A stretch of DNA of 60,799 nt from Rhodospirillaceae bacterium (lineage in GTDB: Bacteria; Pseudomonadota; Alphaproteobacteria; CACIAM-22H2): contig SHVT01000002.1 of assembly GCA_009694125.1 (NCBI GenBank), positions 1-60,799 on the forward strand, read 5' to 3'. Shown here one piece after another: positions 31,997 to 42,326 of the stretch. Under the pieces are notes generated by a model that searched no databases, had not been told where the DNA came from, and saw nothing but the letters and a program-made list of their open reading frames with translations. Both the position numbers and the translations under genes were made by a program. Numbering within the stretch: position 1 is the first letter of the stretch; each line of letters begins with the position of its first letter.

Positions 31997-32641
31997 GTGG
32001 GTGACATTTTCCGCGAAGTCGATGAGGACCTGAGGCATGACCGATATCTCAGGCTATGGAAGGACTACGGCAACTACGTGCTGGCCGGCTTGGTCGGCCT
32101 CGTCGCGGCGACCGCTGCCGTAGTCTTCTGGCGCGAATACGATGCGCGGAAGCGGGCCGATGAGGCGACGACCTATCTGGCGGCCACGGATTTGGCGCGT
32201 GCGGGGGGCGGCGCGGAGGCGGCCAAGGCGTTTGAATCGCTTGCCCGCGACGCGAGTTCGGGATACGCGACGCTTGCACGGCTGCAGGAGGCGGGGCTGA
32301 AGGCGCGCGCCGGTGACCCAGCCGCGGCCTCTATTCTCTACCGGACGATCGCTGCCGATAGCGGCGTCGATCAGGCTTTGCGCGATGTCGCGTCGTTGCA
32401 ATCGGTGCTTGTTGTTATTGAAACCGAAGAGCCGACAAGTCTCGCCGCGCGGCTCAATGCCCTGACCGTCGAAACGAACCCCTGGCGCCATGCGGCGTTC
32501 GAGTTGTTGGCGGTGTTGGCGCAGCGAACCGGCGACATGGGCAAGGCCACGGAATATTTCTTGCGCCTGGCCGACGATCCCGCGACCCCGTCGGGTATTC
32601 GCGCGCGCGCGGCCGAAATGTTGGCGGTCCTCGGCGGGTGA
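31997..32641 (+). CDS. YfgM-like membrane-anchored TPR protein
   Basis: GTG start, FREVDEDLRHDRYLRLWKDYGNYVLAGLVGLV TM anchor and an Ala-rich helical repeat region. It sits immediately upstream of bamB-der. Confidence 0.65.
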   Translation: MGDIFREVDEDLRHDRYLRLWKDYGNYVLAGLVGLVAATAAVVFWREYDARKRADEATTYLAATDLARAGGGAEAAKAFESLARDASSGYATLARLQEAGLKARAGDPAAASILYRTIAADSGVDQALRDVASLQSVLVVIETEEPTSLAARLNALTVETNPWRHAAFELLAVLAQRTGDMGKATEYFLRLADDPATPSGIRARAAEMLAVLGG

Positions 32642-33972
32642 TGATTTTCTCCCGTCACCGTGCGACCCTGGCTCTGATTGTGGCGGGCCTACTCGCCAGC
32701 GCCTGCGATACGGACATCTTCGCGGCACGCAAGCCGCTGCCGTTGCCGGGCGCGCGGATCAGCATCATGAGCCAGCAGCAATCGATCGAGGCCGACAGGG
32801 CCTTGGCCGATTTGGCCGTGCGCTTGCCGCCCGCGACGGCAAATATCGAATGGCCCCAGGCGGGCGGACCGCCCAATCACCTCGTCCAGCATCTCGCTAT
32901 CGCCGCGGCCCCTCGCGAAATCTGGCGCGCCGGCATTGGCGAAGGTGTTAGCAGCGAAACGCGGCTCACTTCCGCGCCCGTCATCGGCGGCGGCCGGGTT
33001 TTTACGATTGACGCCGAAACTACGGTCAGTGCCTTCGACGCCAATACCGGCCGTCGCTCCTGGACCTTCGACGTTACGCCGCGCGACCACGGCACCGGCG
33101 GGCAAGGCGGGGGCGTTGCCTTCGACGGCGGCCGGGTCTATGTGGCGACCGGCTACGCTCAAGTTCTGGTGCTGGACGCGGCAACCGGCAAAGAAATCTG
33201 GCGTCAGCCGGTCAGCGCCCCGGTACGGACGGCGCCAACAGTCAGTGGCGGCCGCGTCTTCGCCGTGAGCATCGACAATCAGCTCCATACTTTCGATGCC
33301 GGCGATGGACGCAAGCAGTGGACACATACCGGGATCGTCGAAGTGGCCGGAGTCTTCGGCGGGGCAAGCCCCGCTGTGGAAGGCGGCATCGTCGTGGTTG
33401 CCTATTCCTCAGGGGAGATCTTTGCTCTGCGCGTCGAAAATGGCCGCGTTCTCTGGTCGGAGTCCCTTGCCGGCGACCGCCGGGCCAACGCAGCGGCGTC
33501 ATTCTCGAATATTCGCGCGCATCCGGTGATCGATCGTGACCTGGTACTCGCCATCAGCCATGGCGGCCGAATGGCGGCCATCAGTCTGCGAACCGGAAAC
33601 CGGATATGGGACCATACGCTCGCCGGTATCAATACACCTTGGGTGGCGGGGGATTTCATTTTCGTCGTGAGCGTCGACGGCGAACTGGTTTGCCTGACCC
33701 GTCGCGAGGGGCGGGTGCGCTGGGTGACGCAGTTGCGCCGCTACCGCGACGAAAACAACAAAAGCAGCCGGATCATTTGGACGGGGCCGCTGTTGATGGG
33801 CGGGCGGCTTCTGTTGACCAACTCGCTTGGCGAGGCGGTATGGGTGGCTCCGGAAAGCGGTGCTATTGTCGGCAGGCAGGCGTTGCCCGATGCCACGATG
33901 GTGTCGCCGGTGGCCGCCAACGGCACACTTTACGTGATCACGGACAACGCGGATCTGGTTGCCCTGCGTTAG
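32638..33972 (+). CDS. bamB: Outer-membrane assembly lipoprotein BamB (PQQ-like beta-propeller)
   Basis: Lipobox LLASAC and repeated propeller blades (GGRVFTID...SAFDANTGRRSW, LDAATGKEIW, FDAGDGRKQW). Shows the yfgM-bamB-der synteny. Confidence 0.85.
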   Translation: MMIFSRHRATLALIVAGLLASACDTDIFAARKPLPLPGARISIMSQQQSIEADRALADLAVRLPPATANIEWPQAGGPPNHLVQHLAIAAAPREIWRAGIGEGVSSETRLTSAPVIGGGRVFTIDAETTVSAFDANTGRRSWTFDVTPRDHGTGGQGGGVAFDGGRVYVATGYAQVLVLDAATGKEIWRQPVSAPVRTAPTVSGGRVFAVSIDNQLHTFDAGDGRKQWTHTGIVEVAGVFGGASPAVEGGIVVVAYSSGEIFALRVENGRVLWSESLAGDRRANAAASFSNIRAHPVIDRDLVLAISHGGRMAAISLRTGNRIWDHTLAGINTPWVAGDFIFVVSVDGELVCLTRREGRVRWVTQLRRYRDENNKSSRIIWTGPLLMGGRLLLTNSLGEAVWVAPESGAIVGRQALPDATMVSPVAANGTLYVITDNADLVALR

Positions 33973-34020
33973 ACTTGGCGCGGTGCCCTGCGCGCCTGTC
34001 ATCCGAAAATAAAGGAATTC

Positions 34021-35367
34021 ATGGCTTTCGTCGTTGCCATCGTCGGCCGGCCGAATGTCGGAAAATCGACGTTGTTCAATCGCCTCGTCGGGCGCCGCAC
34101 GGCTTTGGTGGACGACACGCCGGGGCTCACTCGCGATCGCCGCGAAGGCCAGGCCCAGCTGGGCGATTTGTCCTTTACCGTCGTCGACACGGGCGGCCTG
34201 GAGGAATCGCCGCCGGACAGCCTGGCTTCCAAGATGCGCGGTCAAACAGAATACGCCGTCGATGCCGCCGACCTGACCTTGTTTGTCATCGATGCGCGAG
34301 CCGGCGTCACGCCGGTCGACCGGCATTTCGCGCAATGGCTACGCAAACGAGGCCATCCCGTGTTGCTCTTGGCCAATAAATGCGAGTCGGTTAAGGCCGT
34401 CGCCACCGGTGTGGCCGAAGGCCACGGGCTCGGCTTCGGCGAGCCGATCGCGATCTCGGCCGAACATGGCGACGGCCTGGCCTACCTTCACGCGGCGCTT
34501 GTCGAGAAAATCGGGCGCGCGGCTTTCGAGGACACCGAGCAAGATGCCGCGAACCGCGCGCTCAGGCTGGCGGTTGTCGGCCGCCCCAATGTCGGCAAAT
34601 CGACATTGATCAATCGTCTGGTCGGCGAAGAACGAGTCCTGGTAGGGCCGGAGCCGGGCATTACGCGCGACGCCATCGATATCGAATGGACCTTTGGCGA
34701 CAGGCGCGTGCGGCTGGTCGACACGGCCGGCCTGCGGCGCCAGGCCCGAATCGAAGACCGGCTGGAAAGGCTTTCGACCGGCGATACGATTCGCGCCATC
34801 GGCCGCGCCGAAGTCGTGGCGCTGGTCCTCGACGGCGAAACCATGCTCGAGAAGCAGGATCTGACTATCGCGGGAATGGCGATCGAGGAAGGCCGAGCTT
34901 TGGTGATCGTCGTCAACAAATGGGACATCGTCGCCGATCGCGACGCGGCGTTACGCCGGCTCCGCGACCGCCTGGAGACATCGCTGACGCAGGTAAGGGG
35001 CATTCCCTTCGTGACGCTCTCGGCGCTGACCGGCGAAAAGGTGGACCGGTTCATGGCCGCGGTTCTGCAGATACACGAGGTCTGGTCGCGAAGACTGCCG
35101 ACACCGGCGCTTAACCGCTGGCTCGGCGAGGCGACGTCCGCCAATCCGCCGCCGATGGTCGAGGGTCTGCGGCCGCGGCTGCGTTTCATGACCCAGGTAT
35201 CGACACGGCCGCCCGGTTTTGCCCTATTCGCCGCGAAGGCGAAGAAGCTGCCCGAGAGCTACATGCGTTATCTCACGAACTCACTCCGGGATGTATTCGA
35301 TCTACCCGGCGTTCCGGTTCGCTGGTTCCTGCGCGCAGGCAACAATCCTTATGTGAAGGATCAATAG
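34021..35367 (+). CDS. der: Ribosome-associated GTPase Der/EngA
   Basis: Two G domains (GRPNVGKSTLFN and GRPNVGKSTLIN; DTGG/DTAG; NKCE/NKWD) and a KH-like C-terminus. Confidence 0.93.
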   Translation: MAFVVAIVGRPNVGKSTLFNRLVGRRTALVDDTPGLTRDRREGQAQLGDLSFTVVDTGGLEESPPDSLASKMRGQTEYAVDAADLTLFVIDARAGVTPVDRHFAQWLRKRGHPVLLLANKCESVKAVATGVAEGHGLGFGEPIAISAEHGDGLAYLHAALVEKIGRAAFEDTEQDAANRALRLAVVGRPNVGKSTLINRLVGEERVLVGPEPGITRDAIDIEWTFGDRRVRLVDTAGLRRQARIEDRLERLSTGDTIRAIGRAEVVALVLDGETMLEKQDLTIAGMAIEEGRALVIVVNKWDIVADRDAALRRLRDRLETSLTQVRGIPFVTLSALTGEKVDRFMAAVLQIHEVWSRRLPTPALNRWLGEATSANPPPMVEGLRPRLRFMTQVSTRPPGFALFAAKAKKLPESYMRYLTNSLRDVFDLPGVPVRWFLRAGNNPYVKDQ

Positions 35368-36164
35368 GCGCGCAGGACGGTGCCGTTGCGGGTGCAATCG
35401 GGCACGGCCAAATCCACGAACAGGCCGGCGATATTTTCCGGTTGGGGGTGTTGGGTCGGGTCCTCCCCCGGGAAGGCATGCGCGCGCATCGCCGTGCGCA
35501 CGACACCGGGGTCAATCAAATTGACCCGCACGCGCGTGCGCGCAACTTCGCCGGCATAAACCTTGGCCATCATCTCCAATGCCGCCTTGCTGGCCGCATA
35601 CGCACCCCAATACGGAAACACGGTCTCCGCCGCGCCGGAGGTGACGAAGATCGCCCGGCCTGCGTCCGACGCGCGCAGGGCCCGATCGAAGGACCGAATC
35701 AGCCGCCAATTCGCCGTGACATTGACGTCCATCACCCTCTGCCAGGTTTCGGGATCCTGATCGGCCAAGGGGCCGAGGACGCCAAGAACGCCGGCATTGC
35801 CGACGATGACGTCGACGTGCCGGAAACGTTGGGCCAATGCCGGCGCCAGCTGTTCGATGCGGTCGGGCTCGGCGAGGTCGAACGGCACGAGCGTGGCGGT
35901 CCCGCCGACGCCGCGAACGCGGTCATCGGTTTCCTCAAGTCCGCCGACCGTGCGCGCGACGAGGACGCAATGCGCACCCTCACGCGCAAAGTGAACGGCG
36001 ACCGCAGCGCCGATGCCGCGGGAGGCGCCGGTGATGAGGGCGACGCGCCCCGCGAGTCGGCCCGAAGGCCTCGAATCGTCGGTCACGGTCGCGGCGAACC
36101 GGCTTCGCGCAGGATCACGCGACTTCCAAAAGCGAGAGTTGGGTTGGGCCGCCACCGCCGTCAT
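35361..36164 (-). CDS. SDR-family oxidoreductase
   Basis: VALITGASRGIG, NAG and YAASKAAL. The start is uncertain: 36164 overlaps the purF 3' end by 50 nt, and the in-frame GTG at 36086 is an alternative. Confidence 0.8.
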   Translation of the reverse strand: MTAVAAQPNSRFWKSRDPARSRFAATVTDDSRPSGRLAGRVALITGASRGIGAAVAVHFAREGAHCVLVARTVGGLEETDDRVRGVGGTATLVPFDLAEPDRIEQLAPALAQRFRHVDVIVGNAGVLGVLGPLADQDPETWQRVMDVNVTANWRLIRSFDRALRASDAGRAIFVTSGAAETVFPYWGAYAASKAALEMMAKVYAGEVARTRVRVNLIDPGVVRTAMRAHAFPGEDPTQHPQPENIAGLFVDLAVPDCTRNGTVLRAY

Positions 36165-37572
36165 GATCGGTCAGGGGCGTCGGGTAATCACCCGTGAAGC
36201 AGGCGTCGCAATATTGGGGCGCCGCGGAATTTCGGCCCGTCGTGCCCATCGCACGATAGAGGCCGTCGATCGACACAAAAGCCAAGCTGTCCACGCCAAT
36301 GAAACGCGCCATGTCGGCGAGGTCGTACTGAAAGGCGAGAAGCTTTTCGCGCTGCGGCGTGTCGATGCCGTAGAAACAGGAATGGGTCGTGGGCGGACTT
36401 GACACGCGCATATGAACTTCGCGCGCGCCGGCCTGACGAACCATTTCAACGATCTTCTTGGACGTCGTGCCGCGCACGATGCTGTCGTCGACCAGAATGA
36501 CTCGTTTGCCCGCGATCTTGGCGCGATTGGCATTGTGCTTTAGCCTGACGCCGAGATGGCGGATGTGGTCGCTCGGCTCGATGAACGTGCGACCGACGTA
36601 ATGGTTGCGGATGATGCCGAGTTCGAACGGAATCTTGGATTCCTCGGCATAACCGATCGCCGCGGGCACGCCGGAATCGGGAACCGGGATGACCATGTCG
36701 GCATCGACCGGGCTTTCGCGCGCGATCTCGGCGCCGATACGTTTGCGCGTTTCGTAAACGCTGATGCCGCCGACAACGCTGTCGGGCCGCGAGAAATAGA
36801 TGAACTCAAACACGCAAAAACGCTGCGACGTCGACGGCAGGGCGCGGATGCTGCGCATACCGCTGCGATCGAGCACGACCATCTCCCCGGGTTCGACATC
36901 ACGTATGTGAGTGGCGCCGATGATGTCGAGCGCGCATGTCTCGGACGTAAGAATGGTCGCATCTTCCAGGCGTCCGATGACGAGCGGGCGCACCCCCAAG
37001 GGATCGCGAACGCCGATAACCATGTCGTTGGCGAGTGCGACCAGGGAATAGGCGCCTTCGACCTGGCGCAGTGCGCCGACCAGGCGATCGACGACGTCGC
37101 TTTGCGGCCCGGTCGCCATCAAATGGGTGATGACCTCGGTGTCGGTCGTCGATTGGAACAGGCAGCCCTGCTTGACCAGCCGCCGCCGCACGGTGGCTGC
37201 GTTTGTCAGGTTGCCATTATGGCCGATGGCAAAACCGCCTTCGTTGAATTCGGCGAAAAGCGGTTGAACATTGCGCAGGACAGTTTCGCCGGTGGTCGAA
37301 TAACGAACATGACCGATCGACGCGTGACCCGGCAGCTTGGCGATGACCGCCTCGGTTCCGAAATTGTCCGCGACATGTCCCAACCCGCGATGGCCGTGGA
37401 AACGGGCGCCGTCATAGGTGACGATGCCGGCGGCCTCTTGTCCGCGGTGCTGAAGGGCATGCAAGCCAAGGGCGGTATGGGCCGCCGCGTCCTTGGCGCC
37501 ATGGATGCCAAACAGGCCGCATTCCTCGCGCAATTTGTCATCATCGAAGGGATGGGTTGTGAGCATCGACAT
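36115..37572 (-). CDS. purF: Amidophosphoribosyltransferase
   Basis: CGLFGIHG Ntn Cys after a short propeptide, HRGQEAAGI, and the PRPP loop VILVDDSIVRGTT. Confidence 0.93.
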   Translation of the reverse strand: MSMLTTHPFDDDKLREECGLFGIHGAKDAAAHTALGLHALQHRGQEAAGIVTYDGARFHGHRGLGHVADNFGTEAVIAKLPGHASIGHVRYSTTGETVLRNVQPLFAEFNEGGFAIGHNGNLTNAATVRRRLVKQGCLFQSTTDTEVITHLMATGPQSDVVDRLVGALRQVEGAYSLVALANDMVIGVRDPLGVRPLVIGRLEDATILTSETCALDIIGATHIRDVEPGEMVVLDRSGMRSIRALPSTSQRFCVFEFIYFSRPDSVVGGISVYETRKRIGAEIARESPVDADMVIPVPDSGVPAAIGYAEESKIPFELGIIRNHYVGRTFIEPSDHIRHLGVRLKHNANRAKIAGKRVILVDDSIVRGTTSKKIVEMVRQAGAREVHMRVSSPPTTHSCFYGIDTPQREKLLAFQYDLADMARFIGVDSLAFVSIDGLYRAMGTTGRNSAAPQYCDACFTGDYPTPLTDHDGGGGPTQLSLLEVA

Positions 37573-37582
37573 CGCCCTCGTT

Positions 37583-38257
37583 TCAACCGTCCGGTTTGCC
37601 GGGTAGCGTCTGGATTAGACGATCCAATCCCTTGCGCTCGTCAACCTTATAGCCCGGATCGTCGCGCGCCGCAGGTCCTTTCGGCAGGGGATTGGCAAGG
37701 CTATTGAACGCCTTTTCGTCGCCGCCATCTGAAAACACGCCGCCACGCGTGGCGGCGGTCCGGCTGCGGAACTCGCGGGGCACCAGCGTCATGAGCATGT
37801 CCGCGCCGCGCTCGATAATCGGGGCCGAACGGGCTCCGACAAGCCAATCGGGGTATTCGTCCTGGGGTGTCACCGAGACGATCCCGAGATAGGCCAGACA
37901 GACGAGTACGGCCCCGCGCGCCAGCCCAAATACGAAGCCGAGGCTGCGGTCCAGGGCGCTCAATCGGCTGTCGCGGACGCGCCGCGCCAGTGCCTGGCTG
38001 ATGAGCGAAAGAATTACCAGCGTCACCAGAAAAATCGCGACTCCGGTGACGATATCGGCAAGCAGGGCATTTTCTATCCATACCCGCGCGAACGGACGGG
38101 CGCGCGGAAAGCCATTCAGCGTGGCGAGCGCGGCACCTACCCAGCCCGCGACCGAAAAGACCTCGGTCACCAGACCTCGCACCAGGGCGAGCAGACCCGA
38201 GATCAGGATAATGGCGACAACGGCGAAATCCGTCAGGTTGATGGCCATGCCGCTCAT
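37583..38257 (-). CDS. cvpA: CvpA-family membrane protein (colicin V production)
   Basis: Polytopic N-terminal half (DFAVVAIILISGLLALVRGLVTEVFS...). Shows the radA-cvpA-purF synteny. Confidence 0.8.
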   Translation of the reverse strand: MSGMAINLTDFAVVAIILISGLLALVRGLVTEVFSVAGWVGAALATLNGFPRARPFARVWIENALLADIVTGVAIFLVTLVILSLISQALARRVRDSRLSALDRSLGFVFGLARGAVLVCLAYLGIVSVTPQDEYPDWLVGARSAPIIERGADMLMTLVPREFRSRTAATRGGVFSDGGDEKAFNSLANPLPKGPAARDDPGYKVDERKGLDRLIQTLPGKPDG

Positions 38258-39690
38258 GAGTCGCGCGCCGGTGCGGGTTCCGGTGCCGATCGCGCCGGGC
38301 GACGAGGCGGGGTTGGGTCCAACATGCGGATCAATTCGTTTAGGTCCCTGAGCCCGCGCAGTGTCATGGCGCCGCCCAATTCGGCGCCTTGATCGTGCCG
38401 CCGAGCCGGAATGAGGGCGCGCGTGAAACCGAGCTTCGCGGCTTCCTTGAGCCGCGGCTCCGTTTGCCCTACGGCGCGGACCTCGCCGGACAGCCCGATT
38501 TCTCCGAATGCCACCGTATCCGCGGCGACGGCCCGATCGACCAGCGACGAAATCAGGGCCGCGGCCACGGCGAGGTCTGCCGCCGGTTCGGCGATACGCA
38601 GCCCGCCCGCGACGTTGAGAAAAACGTCGCGACCGCCAAAGGCTAGGCCACAGCGGGTCTCGATCACGGCCAGAATCATCGCGAGCCGCGCCGAATCCCA
38701 GCCGACGACCGCCCGGCGCGCGGTGCCATAGCCAGCCGGTGCGGTGAGGGCTTGGATTTCAACGAGGACCGGCCGCGTGCCCTCCATGCCGGCGAACACG
38801 ACACTGCCGCTCGATTCGCGGCTCCGTTCCGCAAGAAATAGAGCTGACGGGTTGGCGACTTCCAGCAAGCCGCGCCCGGTCATCTGAAAGACGCCGATCT
38901 CGTCGGTCGGCCCGAAGCGGTTCTTGACGCCGCGCAGGATGCGGAACTGGTGTCCCCGGTCACCCTCGAAATACAGAACGGTATCGACCATGTGTTCGAG
39001 CACGCGTGGGCCGGCGATCGTGCCTTCTTTGGTAACGTGGCCGACAATGAAGACGATCGCACCGCGCCGCTTGGCGACCCGGATGAGCTCCTGGGCGCAC
39101 GCGCGAACCTGACCGACCGTGCCCGGGGCGGTGTCCAGATTGTCGATATACATCGTCTGGATCGAATCGATGACAAGCGCATCGGGACTATCTGCCGAAT
39201 CAAAACTCGCCAGAATGTCGCGTAGGCTGGTGGCCGACGCCAGCTCGATCCGCGATCCGACCAGGCCCAAACGAGCGGCGCGCAGGCGAACCTGATCGAT
39301 CGCCTCTTCCCCGGAAACATAAGCCGTGCGAATCCCCGGTGTTTTTCCATTTCCGGCGAGACCCGCGGCGACCTGCAACAGCAACGTCGATTTGCCGATT
39401 CCCGGGTCTCCGGCGATCAGCACGGCCGACCCGGGGACCAGGCCGCCGCCGCAGACACGGTCGAACTCGGAATTACCGGTGACGCGGCGCGACGGTGTTT
39501 CTACGGCGTCGGCCAATCCCGAAAAAACGAGCGGGCGCCCCCCGCCCGTTGACATGCCCCGGGGTATTGGCTCGCGGGAAGTCTCCTCGACGATGCTATT
39601 CCACGCCTCGCAAGCGTCGCATTTGCCGCTCCATTTTCGATGGCTCACCCCACATTCCTGACACACGAACATGGGTTGGGCACGCGGCAT
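38254..39690 (-). CDS. radA: DNA repair protein RadA/Sms
   Basis: Zn-finger CQECGVSHRKWSGKCDACEAWNS, Walker A GDPGIGKST, KNRFG and a Lon-like C-terminal domain. Confidence 0.93.
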   Translation of the reverse strand: MPRAQPMFVCQECGVSHRKWSGKCDACEAWNSIVEETSREPIPRGMSTGGGRPLVFSGLADAVETPSRRVTGNSEFDRVCGGGLVPGSAVLIAGDPGIGKSTLLLQVAAGLAGNGKTPGIRTAYVSGEEAIDQVRLRAARLGLVGSRIELASATSLRDILASFDSADSPDALVIDSIQTMYIDNLDTAPGTVGQVRACAQELIRVAKRRGAIVFIVGHVTKEGTIAGPRVLEHMVDTVLYFEGDRGHQFRILRGVKNRFGPTDEIGVFQMTGRGLLEVANPSALFLAERSRESSGSVVFAGMEGTRPVLVEIQALTAPAGYGTARRAVVGWDSARLAMILAVIETRCGLAFGGRDVFLNVAGGLRIAEPAADLAVAAALISSLVDRAVAADTVAFGEIGLSGEVRAVGQTEPRLKEAAKLGFTRALIPARRHDQGAELGGAMTLRGLRDLNELIRMLDPTPPRRPARSAPEPAPARDS

Positions 39691-40466
39691 CAGGCGCGCA
39701 CTTCCATCTTGATCGGACCTTCGGCGCGGCCGTGGATGAACTGATCCACATAGGCGTTGTCGACATGATCGATCGCCGCGACCGGTCCGGCCCAGATGAT
39801 GCGCCCGGCATGGAGCATGGCGATGCGATGGGCGATCTTGCGCGCCGATGCCATGTCATGCGTGATCGACAGGGCCGTGGCGCCGAGTTCCTTGACGCTT
39901 TTCACCACGAGGTCGTTGATCACGTCGCTCATGATGGGGTCCAATCCGGTCGTCGGTTCGTCGAAGAAAATGACCTCTGGATTCGTGGCAATGGCGCGGG
40001 CCAGCCCGACGCGCTTCTTCATGCCGCCGGAAAGCTCCGCCGGCGAGAGGATGGCGACCTCTTTCCCCAAACCTACCGCGGCCAACTTTTCTTCGGCGAT
40101 CTTGCGCGCCTCGGTGCGGCCCATGCCTTCAGCCTGCATCAGCCCAAAGGAGACATTTTCCCAGACGCTGAGGCTGTCGAACAGGGCGGCTCCCTGAAAC
40201 AGCATGCCGATCTTGCGGCTTACCCGCTCGCGCACCGCGCGCCCGGCGCCGACGACTTCCTCGCCATCGACCTGGATGCTCCCGGCTTCCGGCGCAAGCA
40301 AACCCAGGATGCATTTCAGCATCACCGATTTCCCCGTGCCCGATCCGCCGATGATGACAACCGATTCGCGATAGCCGATATCGAGATCGACACCGTTCAG
40401 CACGACTTTTCGGCCGAATCGTTTGACCAGTCCGCGAATACGAATCTTCGGGCGGTTCTCTGTCAT
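39690..40466 (-). CDS. mlaF: ABC transporter ATP-binding protein, MlaF-like
   Basis: GGSGTGKS Walker A, LSGGMKKRVGLARA signature and IFFDEPTTGLD Walker B. It follows an MlaE-type permease. Confidence 0.8.
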   Translation of the reverse strand: MTENRPKIRIRGLVKRFGRKVVLNGVDLDIGYRESVVIIGGSGTGKSVMLKCILGLLAPEAGSIQVDGEEVVGAGRAVRERVSRKIGMLFQGAALFDSLSVWENVSFGLMQAEGMGRTEARKIAEEKLAAVGLGKEVAILSPAELSGGMKKRVGLARAIATNPEVIFFDEPTTGLDPIMSDVINDLVVKSVKELGATALSITHDMASARKIAHRIAMLHAGRIIWAGPVAAIDHVDNAYVDQFIHGRAEGPIKMEVRA

Positions 40467-41236
40467 TTCGCAAAGAAGATTTCGGTGATCGCGTAGTTGA
40501 ATACAAGGATCAGAATCGATGCGGAAACCACGGCGTCGGTCGTGGCGGCGCCGACTCCCTGGGCGCCGCCACGCGAATGGTAGCCGTGATAACAGCCCAT
40601 GAGCGAGATGATAAAGCCGAAGACGCCGGCCTTCACCAGGCCGGAAATCACGTCCATCGCCTCGAGAAACTCCTCGGTGCGCTTCAGATAGGTCGCAGGA
40701 TTGAAGCCGAGTTTGTAGATGCCAACCAGATAGCCGCCGAAAACGCCGATGATGTCGGCGACGAGGACCAGCAAGGGGAGCATCGTAAACCCGGCAATCA
40801 ACCGGGGTGCGACCAGGTATTTGAACGGATCAGTCGACAGCGTGGAGAGCGCATCGATTTGCTCGGTCACGCGCATGGTGCCGATTTCCGCCGCCATCGA
40901 CGCACCGATGCGGCCGGCAACCATGAGTCCCGCGATCACCGGGCCCAGTTCGCGGGTCACCGACAGCACGACGACGGTCGCCACGGCCCCTTCGGCCGAA
41001 AAGCGGGCGAAACCGGTGTAGCTCTGCAGGGCGAGCACCATGCCCGTGAACAGCGCGGTCAGCCCGACGACGGGAAGGGAGAAATAACCGATCTCGAGCA
41101 TCTGCCGGCCCACATGGGCGATGTAGTACGGGGGGGTGGCGCAATGGAAGAGGGCGGTCCCGGTGAACTGTGTGACCCGCCCGATTGCTTCGAGAAAATG
41201 CAGGAAGATACGGCCGACTGCCGCGAGAAAACCCAT
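40463..41236 (-). CDS. mlaE: ABC transporter permease, MlaE family
   Basis: 257 aa with TRELGPVIAGLMVAGRIGASMAAEIGTMRVTEQIDAL, characteristic of MlaE/Ttg2B. Confidence 0.8.
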   Translation of the reverse strand: MGFLAAVGRIFLHFLEAIGRVTQFTGTALFHCATPPYYIAHVGRQMLEIGYFSLPVVGLTALFTGMVLALQSYTGFARFSAEGAVATVVVLSVTRELGPVIAGLMVAGRIGASMAAEIGTMRVTEQIDALSTLSTDPFKYLVAPRLIAGFTMLPLLVLVADIIGVFGGYLVGIYKLGFNPATYLKRTEEFLEAMDVISGLVKAGVFGFIISLMGCYHGYHSRGGAQGVGAATTDAVVSASILILVFNYAITEIFFAK

Positions 41237-41240
41237 GTTT

Positions 41241-42326
41241 TCAGCCGCCCTCGTAGACGCGCGCCAAACGCGGGCCCAAGCGAGTCAGCAATTCATAGGC
41301 GATCGTGCCGGCCTCGGCGGCGACATCGTCGACCGGATTGCGCGGACCGATCAGTTCGATGAATTCTCCGGGTTGGCAGGCCGCAAGCGGCGCCGCCGTG
41401 ACATCGAGGGTCGTCAGATCCATCGAAATGCGCCCGACAACCGGTACACGAACGTTGCCAATATGGCCGCTACCTTGATTGCTAAGGGCGCGGAGATAAC
41501 CGTCGGCGTAGCCAACCGAAATCGTGGCGATGCGAGCGGTACCGTTTAGGCGATGGGTTGCACCATAACCAACGGTCCGGGGGCTGTCAACGTCACGGAG
41601 TTGAACAATTTTTCCTTTTAATTGAACGACTTGACGCATGGGGTTGGGGGCGTTCGGGGTCGGGTTGATGCCATAGAGGGCGGCGCCGGGTCTGACGAGA
41701 TCGAAATGGAAATCGGTGCCGAGGAAGATGCCGGACGAATTGGCGAGGCTCGCTTGAATTGGCGCCAGCCGGTCTAGCACCCGTACGAAGGCCAGGCGCT
41801 GGGCCTGGTTCATTGTTTGGGCGGCGTCCTCGGAACAAGCCAGGTGGCTGAGCAGGAGTTGTGGCCGAACACGATCGAGAGCGCCGGACGCGATCATCGA
41901 GTCGATGTCCGCGGCCGATAGGCCCAGCCTCGTCATTCCGGTATCCAGGTGTATGGCGCCGGGCGAAGCCGTGGCCCGCATCCACGCCTCAACCTGGGCG
42001 CGATGGTTGAGAACGGGAATAAGCCCGCGCGCCGCCGCCTCCCGGGCATCGCCGGAATCGACGCCGTCCAACACGAAGATTCGTTTAGCGGGCAGATGCC
42101 GGCGAAGCGCGATTCCTTCGTCCACCGAGGCGACGAAGAAGTCCTCGCAGCCGGCGGCGGCCAGCGCGACCGAAATTTTTTCGGCGCCGAGCCCATAAGC
42201 ATCCGCCTTCACGACCGCGCCGCAACGCGACCCGGAAAGGAGGCTTACAAGCAGGCGATAATTAGCGACAAGCGCGTCGAGATCGATATGGAGGACGGAC
42301 CGCGTGGCCTCAGAAGGGGGCATCAT
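41241..42326 (-). CDS. alr: Alanine racemase
   Basis: AVVKADAYGLG PLP-Lys motif and VGYGAT...ISVGYADG. I trimmed to the ATG at 42326, which abuts the dnaB stop. Confidence 0.9.
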   Translation of the reverse strand: MMPPSEATRSVLHIDLDALVANYRLLVSLLSGSRCGAVVKADAYGLGAEKISVALAAAGCEDFFVASVDEGIALRRHLPAKRIFVLDGVDSGDAREAAARGLIPVLNHRAQVEAWMRATASPGAIHLDTGMTRLGLSAADIDSMIASGALDRVRPQLLLSHLACSEDAAQTMNQAQRLAFVRVLDRLAPIQASLANSSGIFLGTDFHFDLVRPGAALYGINPTPNAPNPMRQVVQLKGKIVQLRDVDSPRTVGYGATHRLNGTARIATISVGYADGYLRALSNQGSGHIGNVRVPVVGRISMDLTTLDVTAAPLAACQPGEFIELIGPRNPVDDVAAEAGTIAYELLTRLGPRLARVYEGG

